Positions 46,675 through 56,329 of a stretch of 64,000 nucleotides of DNA are shown here, piece by piece. Below the pieces are notes generated by a model that saw only the letters and a program-made list of their open reading frames with translations, was not told where the DNA came from and did not search any database. The stretch comes from Giardia intestinalis (lineage: Eukaryota). Every line of letters begins with the position of its first letter. The first letter of the stretch is position 1. The translations under genes and the position numbers were made by a program. The stretch lies in assembly GCA_000002435.2 (NCBI GenBank), contig CM018790.1; one strand, 5' to 3'.

Positions 46675-48273
46675 TCAACTTTCTATGTCTTTCAAAATAC
46701 TTTCGAGATATTCTGAAAGTTTTTCAATGTCTTCCTTTTTGTGTTTTATTGTGACGGAAACACGAATTGTCTTATCATCAACAATGCCAACAAGGTACCG
46801 GTCACCGCTTCTGTGACAAAGAAGATTGTCTTGAATGGCTGCGCTTGTTATGGATTCCGGGAGCTGAATAAACACGGCAGGAAACCCTGGTATTCCGACA
46901 AACGGTATACCTGCAGAGAGAAGCATTTTGTGCAGGGTCAATGCGGATTCGTGAAGAGCCGGCAGAACGTTGGGTATTTGTCGCAGTGTGTACCTAGCAC
47001 ACTCGCAAAGACCTGGGGGTGCACTAGCGCTGAAGCAGTACCCAAGGCCCATGTTTCTCTGCTGTTCCACTAGATGCAGCGCGCCCGTACAAATGCCTCC
47101 CAGGCCGGAAAATGCATGCTCCAATGAGCTAGCGACAAGATCGAAGTGGTGATAACCCGTGGCATAGCCCATGTCACACCAGAACTCTGGAACCCCGCGC
47201 CCCTCTGAGCCCAGGACACCTAGTCCAAGACCTTCGTTGAGGAAGATCCTCACGTGGTTGGTTTCGCAAACAGACAAGATCTCGGGAAGGCACAATATCC
47301 CATCCTTAGTGATGGTGTCTGCCACCAGCCAGCAGGTGTTTTTGGCTTCTGCTGAAGCTGCTTTGAGAACAGGCTCTACATCCCTTCTGATTTTTCGTAG
47401 CTCTTTCTGTACTTCATCACTTGTTAAGTACTTACACATGGCGTTCTTCAAGCTGCTTGTGCATTCTTTGATGCTACCATCACTGATGTGGAGCTCGTCT
47501 GAGAGTTGTTGTAAGTTGAGGTACGGAAGGTGAAGCGTGACAACCTTCGCGCCACAAAGAGCCGCAGCCCTCGCTATCTCAAGGCTGTGGACCTCTGGAA
47601 TTATGAGAACATCTCCCTTGCCGCAGAGAATTGGTAAAGCAGACGGAATTACCACAGCTGCACTGGGATACAGAATCGCGGGTTGATTGAGAAAAGCAGT
47701 GAATTCGCGCTCAACCATGATGTGCGGCGTTAGCGTGCCGAAGAATCCTCGGGGGCCGCATGAGCCCACGCCATAACGCTCTATAGCTCCTAGCACGTGC
47801 TGCTGTGCTTCTGGATCTGTGGCGATGCATAGAAAGTCGGTTGTTGCGCAGTCTATCACGGACGTATTTACGTCTTCTTGTAGCTTCTTCTCGTCAGTAG
47901 AAGAGTAGTTGTCATTTTTAGGCCAGTCTGGAGGGGCCAGATAGAGCCTTGTGGCATCTCGTCGAATTACCACAATTGGCTTGTTGGGCTGAACCACCGA
48001 AGGGATGGGCTGAAGCCTTCGAGACTCCCTTGACTCTTTTCCATCAGTTGAGCCTTCGTGTATCTTCTGTTTGAGCCTTTTCTTACTTCCAGGGGATTCA
48101 GCTGATCTGCTCAGGAGCATCATTGCAATAGCTGTGCATATGGTAATTGTTAGCACAGGATAGGTGGCCATCTCCGGGCTTTTTTGTCCCATTAGCTGTA
48201 GACCGTACGACAAGCACAGCGGTAGATGTGCCCATTTGATCAAAAAACCGCCAAAAAAACTTAATCCCGACAT
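46675..48273 (-). CDS. LCB1: Serine palmitoyltransferase subunit 1 (LCB1/SPTLC1-like), 532 aa
   Basis: …RYGVGSCGPRGFFGTLTPHIMVEREFTAFLN… and …SLEHAFSGLGGICTG…GLGYCFSASAPP… match LCB1 (KYGVGSCGPRGFYGT…; SLASIGGFCCG…GQGYCFSASLPP), which lacks the PLP lysine. N-terminal TM segment present. Confidence 0.75.
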   Translation of the reverse strand: MSGLSFFGGFLIKWAHLPLCLSYGLQLMGQKSPEMATYPVLTITICTAIAMMLLSRSAESPGSKKRLKQKIHEGSTDGKESRESRRLQPIPSVVQPNKPIVVIRRDATRLYLAPPDWPKNDNYSSTDEKKLQEDVNTSVIDCATTDFLCIATDPEAQQHVLGAIERYGVGSCGPRGFFGTLTPHIMVEREFTAFLNQPAILYPSAAVVIPSALPILCGKGDVLIIPEVHSLEIARAAALCGAKVVTLHLPYLNLQQLSDELHISDGSIKECTSSLKNAMCKYLTSDEVQKELRKIRRDVEPVLKAASAEAKNTCWLVADTITKDGILCLPEILSVCETNHVRIFLNEGLGLGVLGSEGRGVPEFWCDMGYATGYHHFDLVASSLEHAFSGLGGICTGALHLVEQQRNMGLGYCFSASAPPGLCECARYTLRQIPNVLPALHESALTLHKMLLSAGIPFVGIPGFPAVFIQLPESITSAAIQDNLLCHRSGDRYLVGIVDDKTIRVSVTIKHKKEDIEKLSEYLESILKDIES

Positions 48274-48282
48274 TTAAATGTC
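48269..48282. promoter_or_regulatory. 14-bp perfect palindrome GACATTTAAATGTC containing both start codons of the divergent LCB1 and FHA genes (4 bp apart)
   Basis: Seen in sequence: cat (48271-48273, minus ATG) ttaa atg (48278-48280). The sequence equals its own reverse complement. Confidence 0.7.
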
Positions 48283-49597
48283 AGCGGAGAACGGCATCAC
48301 AGCCTGGGTTAATTCCCTACGGGAGTCGACTGAGAAGCGCTTTTTCTTAGGACACATTAAAGAGTCTGCTAATACTGACGCAGAATACGACAAGCCGGCA
48401 GCGTTCCGCGTCTGCCTCTTTGGTCGAGCGCACATGGCAGATATTCACCTGGCAGATTGCTATTGCTCCAGGCAGCATGCTCTCATCTATTTCAACGAGG
48501 GAACTCCCATGATAAGGGATCTAGACAGCCGAACAGGCACCACAGTCAACAACATCGTTCTTGTCGGGGGGAGGGATTATCCTCTCACGCATGGAGACAT
48601 CATCTCGGTCGTTGGCCAGAGGTTCGCTTTCATCTACGAAGAGGAGAAGCCACAGGAGCACGACGTCGACCGGAACCTTCCGGTTGTTTCTATGGCCACC
48701 CACTCGTGCCCGTACTGCCAAAAATTCATCCCTGAGTTCTCTGTCGAGCTCGAGGCCTTACAGCAGCAGACAGAGAAGGTTCTGAAGGAGCTGCTGGCGA
48801 TGGAGGTATCCTACAGAACCAGCAGAATTATAACCGAGAAGTTATTCGAAAAGATTGAGCTCGTCAAGCACCATCACGATGCATATCATCACGAGCTTCT
48901 CGTGGAGGCCAAGGAGCGGCGCATACACGAGCTGGAGGCCACAAGGGTGGCCGGGGCGAGCGTCGTAATGGGCCGCTCACGCATTGTCATGGACCCAGAT
49001 GAGGATGACGGCAACGACACAGACAGTCTGTCCAAAACTCACGATGATACAGAGCCCGAACTGAAGAGGCGAGGAAGCCTGAAGGTAGACGATCTGGCCG
49101 TTTCAAAGGCCGCTGAAAAGCAGAAAAAGAAGGTCGCCTTTCTCCAGAAGTCAGAGCACATAGGAGATACAGATAAGGATACAGATAAGAAATCGGGAAT
49201 ACTGAACAGCATTATGTCATCCGTAGCCTTCTGGAAGAAGCCTCTTCCTACTGACAAGAATAAGCAGCCAATAGCAAGCCAAGCAAGTCAAGAGAAGAGT
49301 GACAGTGACTATATAGACAGCCGGGGTGGTAATGATGATCAGAGTGATAGTTATAGCTATAGCTACAGCAGTACTGGCAACAGTGGTAATGGTGATGGCA
49401 ATAGCAGCAGCAGCGAAGATGAGAGCAGCAGCGATAGCGATGCTGGAGAGGAGCGCGTGGAACTGCGTTCTTACAACGGACCAAGCGAACCAAAGCCCGG
49501 GGCGAAGAACGAAGTGATCAAACCTAAGGGAAAGGCCTACGGCAAGGACACTCCTGCTCCTCCACGATATGAGTTCGATGATGAAAGTGAGGACTGA
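48278..49597 (+). CDS. FHA-domain protein with coiled coil and acidic Ser/Asp-rich C-terminus, 439 aa
   Basis: FHA signature …VCLFGRAHMADIHLADCYCSRQHALIYFNEGTPMIRDLDSRTGTTVNN… (GR…SRxHA…DL.S.NGT.VN). Confidence 0.6.
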   Translation: MSAENGITAWVNSLRESTEKRFFLGHIKESANTDAEYDKPAAFRVCLFGRAHMADIHLADCYCSRQHALIYFNEGTPMIRDLDSRTGTTVNNIVLVGGRDYPLTHGDIISVVGQRFAFIYEEEKPQEHDVDRNLPVVSMATHSCPYCQKFIPEFSVELEALQQQTEKVLKELLAMEVSYRTSRIITEKLFEKIELVKHHHDAYHHELLVEAKERRIHELEATRVAGASVVMGRSRIVMDPDEDDGNDTDSLSKTHDDTEPELKRRGSLKVDDLAVSKAAEKQKKKVAFLQKSEHIGDTDKDTDKKSGILNSIMSSVAFWKKPLPTDKNKQPIASQASQEKSDSDYIDSRGGNDDQSDSYSYSYSSTGNSGNGDGNSSSSEDESSSDSDAGEERVELRSYNGPSEPKPGAKNEVIKPKGKAYGKDTPAPPRYEFDDESED

Positions 49598-49665
49598 GGC
49601 CTGTACAGTATACCCTACGATGATTGTACGAATGTAAATACTCGCATATATTAAGGTTAATGTAG

Positions 49666-51192
49666 TCAAGTGCTGGCTGGAGGATTGTGCGGCGAGATGC
49701 TGGTGAAGAGAATGGGGTGTGTATAGACCAACCATTCGGTCTCAGCAACGAATTGCATTACAAGCGTGCTTTCGGAATAATTGGGATAATCAGCCCTAGT
49801 GTAAAGAGAGAATGATGATGCGGACATAGCGGTACACGAGGACTGATTGAGCCACCAGGGAATGCTGGCAACTAATGTCTCAACTAAATCAGAAGGCATG
49901 GTGATCCGCTTAAGCTCTATTGTGTTACATCCAAAACAGCAGTGACTGAATTGCATGTCATCAGCGCCCAAGTAAAGGTTGAAGGCCAACTTTCCGCAAT
50001 CTACACACGACACGATGACAATGGTTTTGTAAGAGGTCCAGCTAAATACGTGTTCCCTAAAATACGCGTGAGCATAGGCCGTTATACAGTAGTAGCTGTC
50101 TCGCTCACCAACTATCATCCCATCTAACGGGCACTTTTCCCCACTCTCTACCTCCTCGTTCACCCTATCGTAACACGAAGCATGGAGGAAGTGGCCAGCC
50201 GAACATGAAAGCTTGACAGTGGAGAGGTCTGTGTTTAGGGGAAGGAGACAAATGGGGCAATCTTCTGCATCTCCAGCCCGTGCACAATAATGATTTTCAT
50301 GTTCGTGAACAGAAACACAGCGGTCGCAATGGTCGCAATGAACGAAGGTCTCATAATCGAGGGGCATCAGGGACAAGATTTTGCAAGTGGCACAATATCT
50401 GGTAGTTAGCGCAGCTCCGCAGTTAACGCAGACCTCGCCAATTGGGCCATACTGCTGACATGTCCAGCATATGACTTCTTTGACATCCTTAGAAGAAAGT
50501 GTATGGTGATCCACTTCAAGGTCGTGGCAAAAGTGGCAAGGGAATGCAAACTTCTTGGCTCCATTACTCTTGCAGGTTGAACAAACGGAGCTGCAGGCAC
50601 GCCAATAATGCTGACACCCCGGGGCGGCCTCAAGGCGGTACTGCCCATAAACGAAGGGGTGTTCGCGCTCCCTGGCTGCAAGCACGTCACCGCAGCATCT
50701 GTTCTTGTAGCCATAGTCCCTGGTAACAGAGTACTTTGCATTGTAGTCGTCGCTCAAGCCAGCTATCTCGACCAAGCACGGCTCCGAAGACAGCGTAGCC
50801 GCATTTATCTGTTCCACGCGTTCAAAGTAAGAAAGGGTCTTCTCCGGCATCATATCAAAGAGGTCGTATGCCATGAACGGCAGAAAGTTCTGCAGCGGGT
50901 CGAAGAACTGGTGTCTTGTGGCGCGAAGCTCCATCCTCATCTCTGCATATGACTTGCTGGAATCGTAGAGGTTAAAGGGTATCATAGGCTCTATTGTGCT
51001 GAGCGAATCCTCGTATGCTTCTTTCTCTGCATCTGAGACGGCCAGAATAGGAACCTCACGTAGATAAATCCTATTCGCCTCCAAAAACCCGTGGGAGGGG
51101 TCTTTGAGGCGGAAGAGACTTGCTATTGCAATGGTTGCACCGTTCCAATTACCAGGGCAATTCTGCTGCAACACTCCTCTTCTTTCCGGCAT
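49666..51192 (-). CDS. CHY zinc finger plus CTCHY plus RING-H2 plus zinc-ribbon protein (Pirh2/RCHY1-like E3 ligase, long paralog), 508 aa
   Basis: CQHYWRACSSVCSTC…FPCHFCHD (CHY), CxxC/HxC-rich CTCHY, RING CPICLLPL…SCSAGHFLHASCYDRV…CPLDG, ribbon CVDCGKL…HCCFGCN. Confidence 0.65.
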   Translation of the reverse strand: MPERRGVLQQNCPGNWNGATIAIASLFRLKDPSHGFLEANRIYLREVPILAVSDAEKEAYEDSLSTIEPMIPFNLYDSSKSYAEMRMELRATRHQFFDPLQNFLPFMAYDLFDMMPEKTLSYFERVEQINAATLSSEPCLVEIAGLSDDYNAKYSVTRDYGYKNRCCGDVLAAREREHPFVYGQYRLEAAPGCQHYWRACSSVCSTCKSNGAKKFAFPCHFCHDLEVDHHTLSSKDVKEVICWTCQQYGPIGEVCVNCGAALTTRYCATCKILSLMPLDYETFVHCDHCDRCVSVHEHENHYCARAGDAEDCPICLLPLNTDLSTVKLSCSAGHFLHASCYDRVNEEVESGEKCPLDGMIVGERDSYYCITAYAHAYFREHVFSWTSYKTIVIVSCVDCGKLAFNLYLGADDMQFSHCCFGCNTIELKRITMPSDLVETLVASIPWWLNQSSCTAMSASSFSLYTRADYPNYSESTLVMQFVAETEWLVYTHPILFTSISPHNPPAST

Positions 51193-51263
51193 CTATCTGA
51201 AATGTCCCAGGTAAATTAAAAGGAAAAAGAGGAGGGGAGACCACTGCGCTGCTTAGCCTTGTA

Positions 51264-53072
51264 GTGCTCTTTATTCTCGCTTTTCTTCAAGCGGGGGACT
51301 GCTTCTACTCTAATGCGAGTATTCTTGCCCTGTGTTACAATCACTCTCTCGAGCTAACTCTTTGGGTCAACGATAAAGATTGCATCCCTCCGCGGCATCC
51401 TCAGTTCATTATTTCCCTGACAAACGGCTCGACCCAACTTAAATACAGTAAGCACCAGCCTATAGTTCTAGACGAGCAGCAATCTCTCATAATCAAAGAC
51501 ATCCCACTAACAGATACGACCCACATCTCAGGCATGGACTATAGAGACTTTCTGCTTCGAGTAATAACAGGAATTGTCACCATTACAGATTCAGCTGTAA
51601 GTGAGTTTGCGGCAACATACACACTTAAGAAGGTGGATATATTGTGCTCAAATTACTCCTCTCTTTGGGCACAAACATACTTAACCTATAGCCTCCCAAT
51701 AACTATGGGTGAAAACCCCCTGGAAGAACCAAAGCTGTGTGTTAAGACATATGGGCCGATTGGCATGTTTCCAGAGTCATCGTTGCTCTACTTTTCTGCC
51801 AGTCTGATATTGCTATCCGAACTATCTGGTACTACTATCACTGTGCCCATTCAGAGGGGCAAGGTCCAAGAGGAGTTCAAATACTGGGGCACGTATTATC
51901 ACGACGCCACCTCTTTCTTCTGCTATAATTGTAGCACCGTTAGTGCAAGCGAAAAAGATTTCTGTGAGAAGCTCATTAGCAATTTTGCTTCACTTGATCT
52001 TCACATCGCTGCCCTTCAACTATCTTCAAAATATGAACGCACTACTAGGTCTCTACCCACGATCCAGTTTCATGCTCACCAGCTTATCGATAATTATTAC
52101 CATTATGGCCTAGACAAGTACCAGCTCTACTCTGATACCAACTATTACCCTATCTTCATAGCGGAGAACGGATTGCACTTCGTAGTCACTGGGCTCGAAT
52201 ACATTTTTGACAAGCCGCAGGGGACCACGTACAGTGTTGTCAGTTTCATTCTCTACTCTCTGGACGGCTATCACCTCAATGATATCCATCTAAAGTTATC
52301 ATATTCATATGTGCATCCCATCACCGGCAAATATCTTTGGTTGTTAGTTCCTAAGGATGTGAACTATAATACGCGCGAGGTAGCTAACCTTGCACTGCAC
52401 AATAAGCTTAAAGGGGAGTTGGTGGTGAAGCATATGAACGGCAAGGACCAAATACAGGGTATCGAAATAGCTAGTTTCTCTCTCATCCTTCCATCTTGCT
52501 TTGATAGAACACTGGTCATCCTTCATCAATCCTCTATTTCTATTCTATTGAACCTGTCCATGACCCCAATGGATACGATGAACTGCTTAATTGCCAACTC
52601 AAACCACACTAGCTTCACATCTGTAGAATACATTGACAATAAGTCAGCTCTCTACATTGATGAGAAGGTCCAAATGTATGCTATCCTCTATTACTTTCCT
52701 CGCAATTCGGATATAAATAGAGACATGCATCTTATAGGCGCGTTCGTCATATCCACTGAAGTGTCAGCGATGGAGACAGAGGTGACCATGGACTGTGCGG
52801 GCAACTGGATAGGATACAGCAAGTATGATTGGCCCATGTCATGCCTGCATCAGCTGAACCAAGCCCGGCACCATATGATGAATGGTGACCTCAGGGCAAT
52901 TGTTCGAGTACATAATGATTATCAGTTGGTGGATCTATTTGTCTATGACGAGATCCGGTCTACCACTCAGTTTATCTACGTCTTGATAATAGTCTCTGTT
53001 TGTTGTATATTTGTAGTTTTTATCTACTACTGTATCTTGTTGTGTAAGTTTTACCGCCGGCTGCTAAGATGA
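51264..53072 (+). CDS. Hypothetical N-glycosylated type I membrane protein (AT-rich gene), up to 602 aa; start codon uncertain
   Basis: The track start 51264 is GTG. The hydrophobic N-terminus (LFILAFLQAG…) has no in-frame ATG before the upstream stop at 51198; the first ATG is 51537. C-terminal TM FIYVLIIVSVCCIFVVFIYYCILL. Lower GC (about 43%) than the flanks. Confidence 0.4.
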   Translation: MLFILAFLQAGDCFYSNASILALCYNHSLELTLWVNDKDCIPPRHPQFIISLTNGSTQLKYSKHQPIVLDEQQSLIIKDIPLTDTTHISGMDYRDFLLRVITGIVTITDSAVSEFAATYTLKKVDILCSNYSSLWAQTYLTYSLPITMGENPLEEPKLCVKTYGPIGMFPESSLLYFSASLILLSELSGTTITVPIQRGKVQEEFKYWGTYYHDATSFFCYNCSTVSASEKDFCEKLISNFASLDLHIAALQLSSKYERTTRSLPTIQFHAHQLIDNYYHYGLDKYQLYSDTNYYPIFIAENGLHFVVTGLEYIFDKPQGTTYSVVSFILYSLDGYHLNDIHLKLSYSYVHPITGKYLWLLVPKDVNYNTREVANLALHNKLKGELVVKHMNGKDQIQGIEIASFSLILPSCFDRTLVILHQSSISILLNLSMTPMDTMNCLIANSNHTSFTSVEYIDNKSALYIDEKVQMYAILYYFPRNSDINRDMHLIGAFVISTEVSAMETEVTMDCAGNWIGYSKYDWPMSCLHQLNQARHHMMNGDLRAIVRVHNDYQLVDLFVYDEIRSTTQFIYVLIIVSVCCIFVVFIYYCILLCKFYRRLLR

Positions 53073-53154
53073 TCCGCTGGGATTTGTTCAAATTTAAATC
53101 GGCCTTATCTTTAAAACAGTCAGGAGTCTGGGTGACCTGGGTATCCACTTAGCC

Positions 53155-53967
53155 ATGTGTCCGGAGCGTACAATAGACGGCTATGGAGGATCTCTAGACA
53201 CAAAAGACACTATGACTAAGGCAGATCAGCCGGATTCGTACGCATTGGCTGCAGAGAATGAATGGCTCGAGCAAGAGATTGCGCAGATGGAAAGGAAGAT
53301 TAATGAGATGGCGCTGCAGGCGAACAGCGAAGCTGAGAGGACCATTGAGCAGCTACACGCATCAGATGCAGCCAAGAAGACATACGAAGCCGAGAAAGCC
53401 ACAACCATCGCGCTCTTGACCTCCGCCCTGAAGACGATGGAAGACCAGAACACACTCATAGAGGGGAATATCGGCCTTACTAAGCAGCAAAGTAAGAGGC
53501 TCCAGGACGAGCTTGCTGACCTTACGAAGGATTATGCTACCCGTAGGAAGCAGCTACTGGATGAGATTGAACAAGAGAAACAGGATGCAGAAAAGTATTC
53601 CAATGCTGCGCGCGATATGGAGGAAAAAATTCGGGCGGTTGAACATAACATCTCGAGTTTGCAGGAGCACGTTGCAAGGCAGCGTGCCGAAAAAGAGAAG
53701 CTGCAAAAGGCTCTTGAACAAATAGACATTCTTGCACAGGATACCAAGAAGGATTATTCTACACCATACACGAAGGACATTGTAGATTCCCTCAAAGAGG
53801 AGCTCATTGAAATTAGAGTAGACATGGTTAAGTTTTTAGTAGAAACCTTTGAAGATCCCTGCTCATTTACTAACCCTGAGCAGGGAAAGCGGTACCGGCA
53901 ACTCCTCTTTCAACTAAAAAGAAAAAAGACGCAGCTGGTGTTAGCGACCCAACAATGTAAATCATGA
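53155..53967 (+). CDS. Coiled-coil hypothetical protein, 270 aa
   Basis: ATG verified; E/K/Q-rich heptad pattern throughout. Confidence 0.5.
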   Translation: MCPERTIDGYGGSLDTKDTMTKADQPDSYALAAENEWLEQEIAQMERKINEMALQANSEAERTIEQLHASDAAKKTYEAEKATTIALLTSALKTMEDQNTLIEGNIGLTKQQSKRLQDELADLTKDYATRRKQLLDEIEQEKQDAEKYSNAARDMEEKIRAVEHNISSLQEHVARQRAEKEKLQKALEQIDILAQDTKKDYSTPYTKDIVDSLKEELIEIRVDMVKFLVETFEDPCSFTNPEQGKRYRQLLFQLKRKKTQLVLATQQCKS

Positions 53968-53973
53968 GGTGCA

Positions 53974-54570
53974 CTATGTAATGCGGCCGTCAAGCTCTGT
54001 GTCAAATCGTTTGACTTTCTTGTTTCCTTTTCTTCGGAGGAGCTTCCCAACCAGGTACACCATGCCAGTCGATCCATTTGGTAGAAAAAGGCCAACATCT
54101 ACGGACGCCTTAGGCACGAAGACGTGTTTATTGGCCTCGGTCACAAGCTCCATAGTCGCAGCAGTATCTCGGACACATATGCCTTCAACTCCAACGTATG
54201 ACGGCATGGATGAACGAAGCACCCTGATCCGTGCACCATGCAAATCGACTGTCGCGAATGCTTTTTGGTCCAGGCACATTATCTTTTGGCAATAGGCACA
54301 CCAGAGCTCGTGCATTTCGAGAGCGAGCGCATAATCTACCGGCGCCGGGTTGTGTGTCAGTTCATGCAGCTCTCCATGGCCGCTGCGTGGTCGCACAACG
54401 TGGCCCCTAATTCTCTCCTGCCTGCCGTACCGCTTCTGCTGTCGCTCAAGGGTCGTATAGCGCACAATATGAACTCTAGAAGCCACCAATGCGTCTTGAA
54501 CTTCGTTGGCTCGAGAACCGTAGAAGCTCGTTAGGCCGTTGATGAAGGTTAGAGTATCGTTGCTACTCAT
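53974..54570 (-). CDS. POP4: RNase P/MRP protein subunit Rpp29 (POP4), 198 aa
   Basis: Rpp29 fold signature LHGARIRVLRSSMPSYVGVEGICVRDTAATMELVTEANKHVFVPKASVDVGLFLPNG…LVGKLLRRK (hGxxxxVxxS..xxxGxxGIVxxETxxTxxI.T.....VPK…F.F). Confidence 0.7.
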   Translation of the reverse strand: MSSNDTLTFINGLTSFYGSRANEVQDALVASRVHIVRYTTLERQQKRYGRQERIRGHVVRPRSGHGELHELTHNPAPVDYALALEMHELWCAYCQKIMCLDQKAFATVDLHGARIRVLRSSMPSYVGVEGICVRDTAATMELVTEANKHVFVPKASVDVGLFLPNGSTGMVYLVGKLLRRKGNKKVKRFDTELDGRIT

Positions 54571-54660
54571 AGACTACCGGAGATTAGGCTGAAAGTACGA
54601 GTTCGAGATGTGCGGTAGAAGTGTACTGTAGGGTAGTGTAGGTTTCATTTAAAAAAACTC

Positions 54661-55695
54661 ATGAGCAGTAACGATGGCACCGAGCCAGAGCGAAAACGAG
54701 TGTTCGATAGGTCGGATACTTCGGTGACGCCTTCAGTGACGTACACTCAGGTGGCCAGCGCCACCCCCCTACGCAAGTCAAGTACGCACCAGAGTCCCAA
54801 ATCGCTAGTCAGTAAAAAGGAGGAAACATCTGCTGTGCAGTCCCCAAAGAGTGCACTCGATGCCAAAGAGCATGACAAGTCCAGGACGGAGCACAGTCAT
54901 GTAAAGCAGCAGACACCCAAAAAGACTCGCACCCCCAATGCGAGCAGTAACGTCAGCCCGAAAAGCAAGCCATCCAATGTTCCAGTTCAGGAAGGCAACG
55001 AGCTGTCAAATGAATCCATTGACAACAAAGTTCTAGCTGTCATCCAGAGTGCGGTCAACACAAGCAGGAGCTTTCAGGTCCAGGCGACATCCTCGGGGAC
55101 ATCTCCCGCCCAAGAGTCATCCGGTAGCAGCGATGAGAAGAAGGCTATAGACCAATCATCTCTGAATGAGCCCCAAACAATCTATACGGAGCCAATTTCC
55201 ATCGTCATCAACTACATCGAAAAGAACTGCGATAAGGTGGAAAACTATCTACTAGGGGTGGGGGACCATTCCTTCATAGGGGTCTTCAGTGCTATAATGA
55301 AGTCTTTCTACGAGACAGGATTTGTCTCACTCAAGCAACTCTCAATGTACAGGGCTAAGGCGCCTGATTTCTTTGCCAAGCTGTCGCACTTTCTCATGCA
55401 GATGGGGCTGGAGTACGTTAACCAAATGAATAAGCAGAACGACACAACCCCGCAGAATTCGTACTCGGCAGCCTATATTGTCGCCTGCGCCATGGAATGC
55501 ATGACAGATACTCAGCGCAAGCAATATATTTATCAGCTGAGGCGAGACTCCTCAAATAGGTTGAGGCAGAGGCGAGGGTTCAACACGAAGAGGGTCGAGC
55601 TTAACAGACTGAGCCAGAGGAGTGTGCATGGAATCTCTCACTGCAGCTTCTTCCAGCACCACTTTCAGGAAAAGGTTATCAATCTTAGGGGATAA
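54661..55695 (+). CDS. Hypothetical protein, 344 aa, N-terminal S/T/K-rich disordered half and structured C-terminal half
   Basis: ATG start, long ORF. No family recognised. Confidence 0.45.
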   Translation: MSSNDGTEPERKRVFDRSDTSVTPSVTYTQVASATPLRKSSTHQSPKSLVSKKEETSAVQSPKSALDAKEHDKSRTEHSHVKQQTPKKTRTPNASSNVSPKSKPSNVPVQEGNELSNESIDNKVLAVIQSAVNTSRSFQVQATSSGTSPAQESSGSSDEKKAIDQSSLNEPQTIYTEPISIVINYIEKNCDKVENYLLGVGDHSFIGVFSAIMKSFYETGFVSLKQLSMYRAKAPDFFAKLSHFLMQMGLEYVNQMNKQNDTTPQNSYSAAYIVACAMECMTDTQRKQYIYQLRRDSSNRLRQRRGFNTKRVELNRLSQRSVHGISHCSFFQHHFQEKVINLRG

Positions 55696-55708
55696 AAAAC
55701 AATTGGCC

Positions 55709-56302
55709 ATGCTGTGCTTGCCTTTCTTCAGCGTGTTCGTCTTCGGTGTGCATGCTGTGAGGCTATCTGTTCCCCTTCTTGTCGTTCATAAGGGAGAGGA
55801 ATCTCAAGGCACAGTCTATCTTCTTGACGAGACGGGCCGGTCTGACGTAATAGCAACAACCTTCAAGGGTATTTCAGACTTTTCCACAGCAATCGTCGAG
55901 AAATTTGTCCCACTGCCTGAGAATACGACTCTGGTTGAGACGTTGCCGGACCTAAAGGGCGTTTCTGAGTGCACAAACGACAACTGTCCGACGACTGGTT
56001 CAAGCTGCTATAAGCTTCGAACTACCACCATTGTCAGTACTAACGGTCCACAGGAGCTCCTGGAAGAGATAAAGAAGATAGTCAATAGTAAGCCGGACGG
56101 TCAGGGCTGCACAGTGATTTTCTCTGCCAATAAGATCAACACTACGACGACGCCTTTCAGGAATGCGTGGGCACCTATGGAGGCTACGATGTTTTCAATT
56201 ACGGCTGTGATTGTTGTGATTCTCCTTATCGTTGCTGTGCTTCCGAGTCTGCTCATCAAAGATTCTGACATCATGCCAGAGGCTGATGCCAAGACAGACT
56301 AA
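55709..56302 (+). CDS. Small type I membrane protein (signal peptide MLCLPFFSVFVFGVHA, C-terminal TM), about 197 aa
   Basis: The track ORF 55622 starts at GTG inside the previous gene. The first ATG after that gene's stop (55693-55695) is 55709 and gives a signal peptide. C-terminal TM ITAVIVVILLIVAVLPSLL. Confidence 0.5.
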   Translation: MLCLPFFSVFVFGVHAVRLSVPLLVVHKGEESQGTVYLLDETGRSDVIATTFKGISDFSTAIVEKFVPLPENTTLVETLPDLKGVSECTNDNCPTTGSSCYKLRTTTIVSTNGPQELLEEIKKIVNSKPDGQGCTVIFSANKINTTTTPFRNAWAPMEATMFSITAVIVVILLIVAVLPSLLIKDSDIMPEADAKTD

Positions 56303-56329
56303 AAGTGAATTTTTCTCTGCTTAACTCAG

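Noticed and set aside
55622-55708. Apparent 74-nt coding overlap between 54661..55695 and 55622..56302
   Set aside because: The downstream ORF's listed start is a GTG. Using the first ATG (55709) removes the overlap and yields a proper signal peptide.
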